Shown here one piece after another: positions 62,068 to 64,000 of a stretch of 64,000 bases of DNA (the first letter of the stretch is position 1; every line of letters starts with the position of its first letter). Source of the DNA: Candidatus Kapaibacterium sp. (GTDB taxonomy: Bacteria > Bacteroidota > Ignavibacteria > Kapaibacteriales > UBA2268); the NCBI GenBank assembly GCA_963665665.1, contig OY762428.1, positions 1,408,001-1,472,000 of the forward strand, read 5' to 3'. The notes beneath the pieces were generated by a model. That model ran no database searches and was not told the origin of the DNA. It saw only the letters and a list, made by a program, of their open reading frames with translations. A program made the position numbers and the translations under genes.

Positions 62068-62444
62068 TTCTCAACCTGTAATTATATAAATTTCAATACC
62101 AGAGGCATTAAATCATAATATTCGATAAAAATAACATTGTTCGAAGATAATAGCAAATCCTATTTATTATTATTTTATAAATATGCTATAAAACCCCAAA
62201 AAAAGCATATTCACAAAATAATTATTTCCATTCTCATTGCTTTTATCAAAATTATCATTTTTCAATAATACGAATAATAAATAAAATAATATTTTGTGCA
62301 ATTAAATTTGAAAAATATCAAATTTGAATGCTTATTTAAAACAAAATTGTAATATTCTAATAAATTCAGTGACTTTTTCCTTTTTCACGTGTTATAAATA
62401 GTACAGATCAGAATGGCATCTGGTTTGACGTTCTTTTTTAGCTC

Positions 62445-62480
62445 CGGGGCCCTGGATACTACCGGGCCCCATAGTTTTTT
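62445..62480 (+). terminator. Intrinsic terminator-like hairpin upstream of the SDR gene
   Basis: GGGGCCCTGG-atacta-CCGGGCCCC then a T-run. Confidence 0.55.
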
Positions 62481-62584
62481 AATTTATACAAAATATATAA
62501 AACATAACTACCCGGTAGTTTGATTTCTCATGTCTTTTTCCTAATTTATAATTCTTTTAACGAATATTATTCAAGAGGTTTTAA

Positions 62585-63355
62585 ATGAAATTAAAAGATA
62601 AAATCGTATTTGTTACAGGCGCTTCCGCCGGAATAGGAAAAGCCTGTGCCGATATGTTCGCCGAAGAAGGCGCAAAGCTGATTCTGCTTGCACGCCGTAA
62701 GGGTGAAATTGATCAACTGGCCGAAGAATTGAAATCAAAATACGGAACGGAATCACTCACATTCAAATGCGATGTTAGAATCTACGATGAAGTTGAAGCT
62801 ATAGTTAATCACTTGCCTGATGAATGGTCACATATTGATATTCTTATTAATAATGCCGGGCTTGCCAGGGGACTGGAAAAGCTCCACGACGGTGTTCTTC
62901 AGAATTGGGAAGAAATGATTGATACCAACATAAAGGGCCTGCTCTATGTTTCAAGGCTTATTATGCCGGGAATGGTGGAAAGAAAGAACGGCCACGTGAT
63001 AAATATTGCATCCATAGCAGGACGCCAGGTATATCCTAACGGGAATGTTTACTGCGCATCCAAGGCCGCTGTAAAAGCTATTTCCGAAGGAATGATGATA
63101 GATGCTAACGGCTCGGATATTCGCGTAACAAATATAGATCCCGGCCTTGTTGAAACTGAATTTGCAAAAGTTCGCTTCCATGGTGACGATGAAAAAGCCG
63201 CTACGGTTTACAAAGGCTACAAGCCGCTTACCGGCTGGGATGTGGCAGATATGGCATTGTTTGCAGCCACAAGGCCCGCCCACGTATGCGTACAGGACAT
63301 ACTGGTAACACCAACAGACCAGGCAAGCGCAACTATTGTGCATAAAGAATTATAA
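62585..63355 (+). CDS. NADP-dependent short-chain dehydrogenase (YdfG-like)
   Basis: TGASAGIG, NNAG, YCASK, PG.VETEF..VRF.GD. Confidence 0.93.
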   Translation: MKLKDKIVFVTGASAGIGKACADMFAEEGAKLILLARRKGEIDQLAEELKSKYGTESLTFKCDVRIYDEVEAIVNHLPDEWSHIDILINNAGLARGLEKLHDGVLQNWEEMIDTNIKGLLYVSRLIMPGMVERKNGHVINIASIAGRQVYPNGNVYCASKAAVKAISEGMMIDANGSDIRVTNIDPGLVETEFAKVRFHGDDEKAATVYKGYKPLTGWDVADMALFAATRPAHVCVQDILVTPTDQASATIVHKEL

Positions 63356-63405
63356 GAAAGACATTTTATATCGGGATGTCTCATTATTCTGATTTTTGTG
63401 AATTT

Positions 63406-63475
63406 GTCATTCTGAACGAAGTGAAGAATCCAGTATTCTTGCCAGTTATAGATGCTTCGCTACGCTCAGAATGAC
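63406..63475. repeat. Palindromic REP-like element
   Basis: GTCATTCTGAACGAAGTGAAGAATC...GATGCTTCGCTACGCTCAGAATGAC inverted repeat. Confidence 0.75.
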
Positions 63476-63718
63476 CGCTTTTCAGACTTCCCCGAGACAG
63501 CCTCGTTTTTAATTGAAATTATTAATGCAGCAAATCCAATTTTTTTGTTTATTCATCTACGGATTAATTATTAAGCATTTCAATTTACTTGACAGAGATA
63601 TCTAATTATTAATGAATTCATATCTCAGGTAACAATTTCAAATGGCCAGACATAATTTTTATATTGATGAAAATTCATTATCTTAATTTTTAAAAATTTT
63701 ATTCTAAAAGGATACAAT

Positions 63719-64000
63719 ATGAATATACTTAACATCAAGCATTACCGATTACATCTTTTATTTTTAGTATTCGCATTATTTACTTTAGCCTGTGAAAGCT
63801 CTAATGAGTCAACACCTGATAATACTACTAATTACGCTGATCCCTATAATTGGGCTCATATTGCTGAGTCTCCAGTATATGATGCTGATATTTTTTATAT
63901 ACACCCAACCACTTATTATGATGATTCTGATACCGCCAAAGCTAATTGGGAAATATCCAACAATGGCCAGCCAGCAGAATATGTAAATGGAGCATTATTC
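63719..64000 (+). CDS. DUF3089-like lipoprotein (alpha/beta hydrolase family), truncated by the window end
   Basis: Manually translated frame missing from the ORF track: MNILNIKHYRLHLLFLVFALFTLAC (lipobox), NYADPYNWA, ADIFYIHPTTY. Confidence 0.78.
   Translation, partial: MNILNIKHYRLHLLFLVFALFTLACESSNESTPDNTTNYADPYNWAHIAESPVYDADIFYIHPTTYYDDSDTAKANWEISNNGQPAEYVNGALF

Noticed and set aside
63792-63986. 64-aa ORF from the track
   Set aside because: Out-of-frame shadow of the lipoprotein ORF starting at 63719.

Overview
AT-rich bacterial DNA, most likely from the FCB group (Ignavibacteriota/Ca. Kapabacteria-like). This is inferred from T9SS C-terminal domains, a TATATTTG promoter motif and flagellin genes. 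(1) 1-22,603 is the right part of an integrative, satellite-like defence island ending at a duplicated 3' half of tRNA-Asn. It carries a P4-type primase/helicase, an excisionase-like HTH, a type I R-M system with an embedded RloC-like anticodon nuclease and a Schlafen/AlbA_2 protein, plus HEPN, NucS-like/DUF4268 and Phd-like genes. (2) 22.6-27.3 kb is bracketed by copies of the tRNA-terminator arm and holds a T9SS protein and a three-piece relic of the same R-M locus. (3) A ~470-nt ORF-free structured region near 29 kb is a candidate ncRNA. (4) The main discovery, 31.7-40.4 kb, is an expanded SynChlorMet-type radical-SAM RiPP cluster: PqqD/RRE, two rSAM-SPASM enzymes, ScmC, an S26 peptidase, an HPr-kinase-like protein, a sulfotransferase and a third radical SAM. 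It has four paralogous Cys-rich precursors sharing the leader YCxPE(V/I)(V/I)DF(K/R)WM. (5) The remainder is mostly core genome (ECF pair, queD/queF, rlmB, polA, two flagellins, ppx, TPR-SpoIIE, HD protein, hemL, SDR). It also contains two related 21-bp tandem arrays in opposite orientation flanking a very AT-rich core. All calls come from reading the sequence and ORF track; no searches were run.
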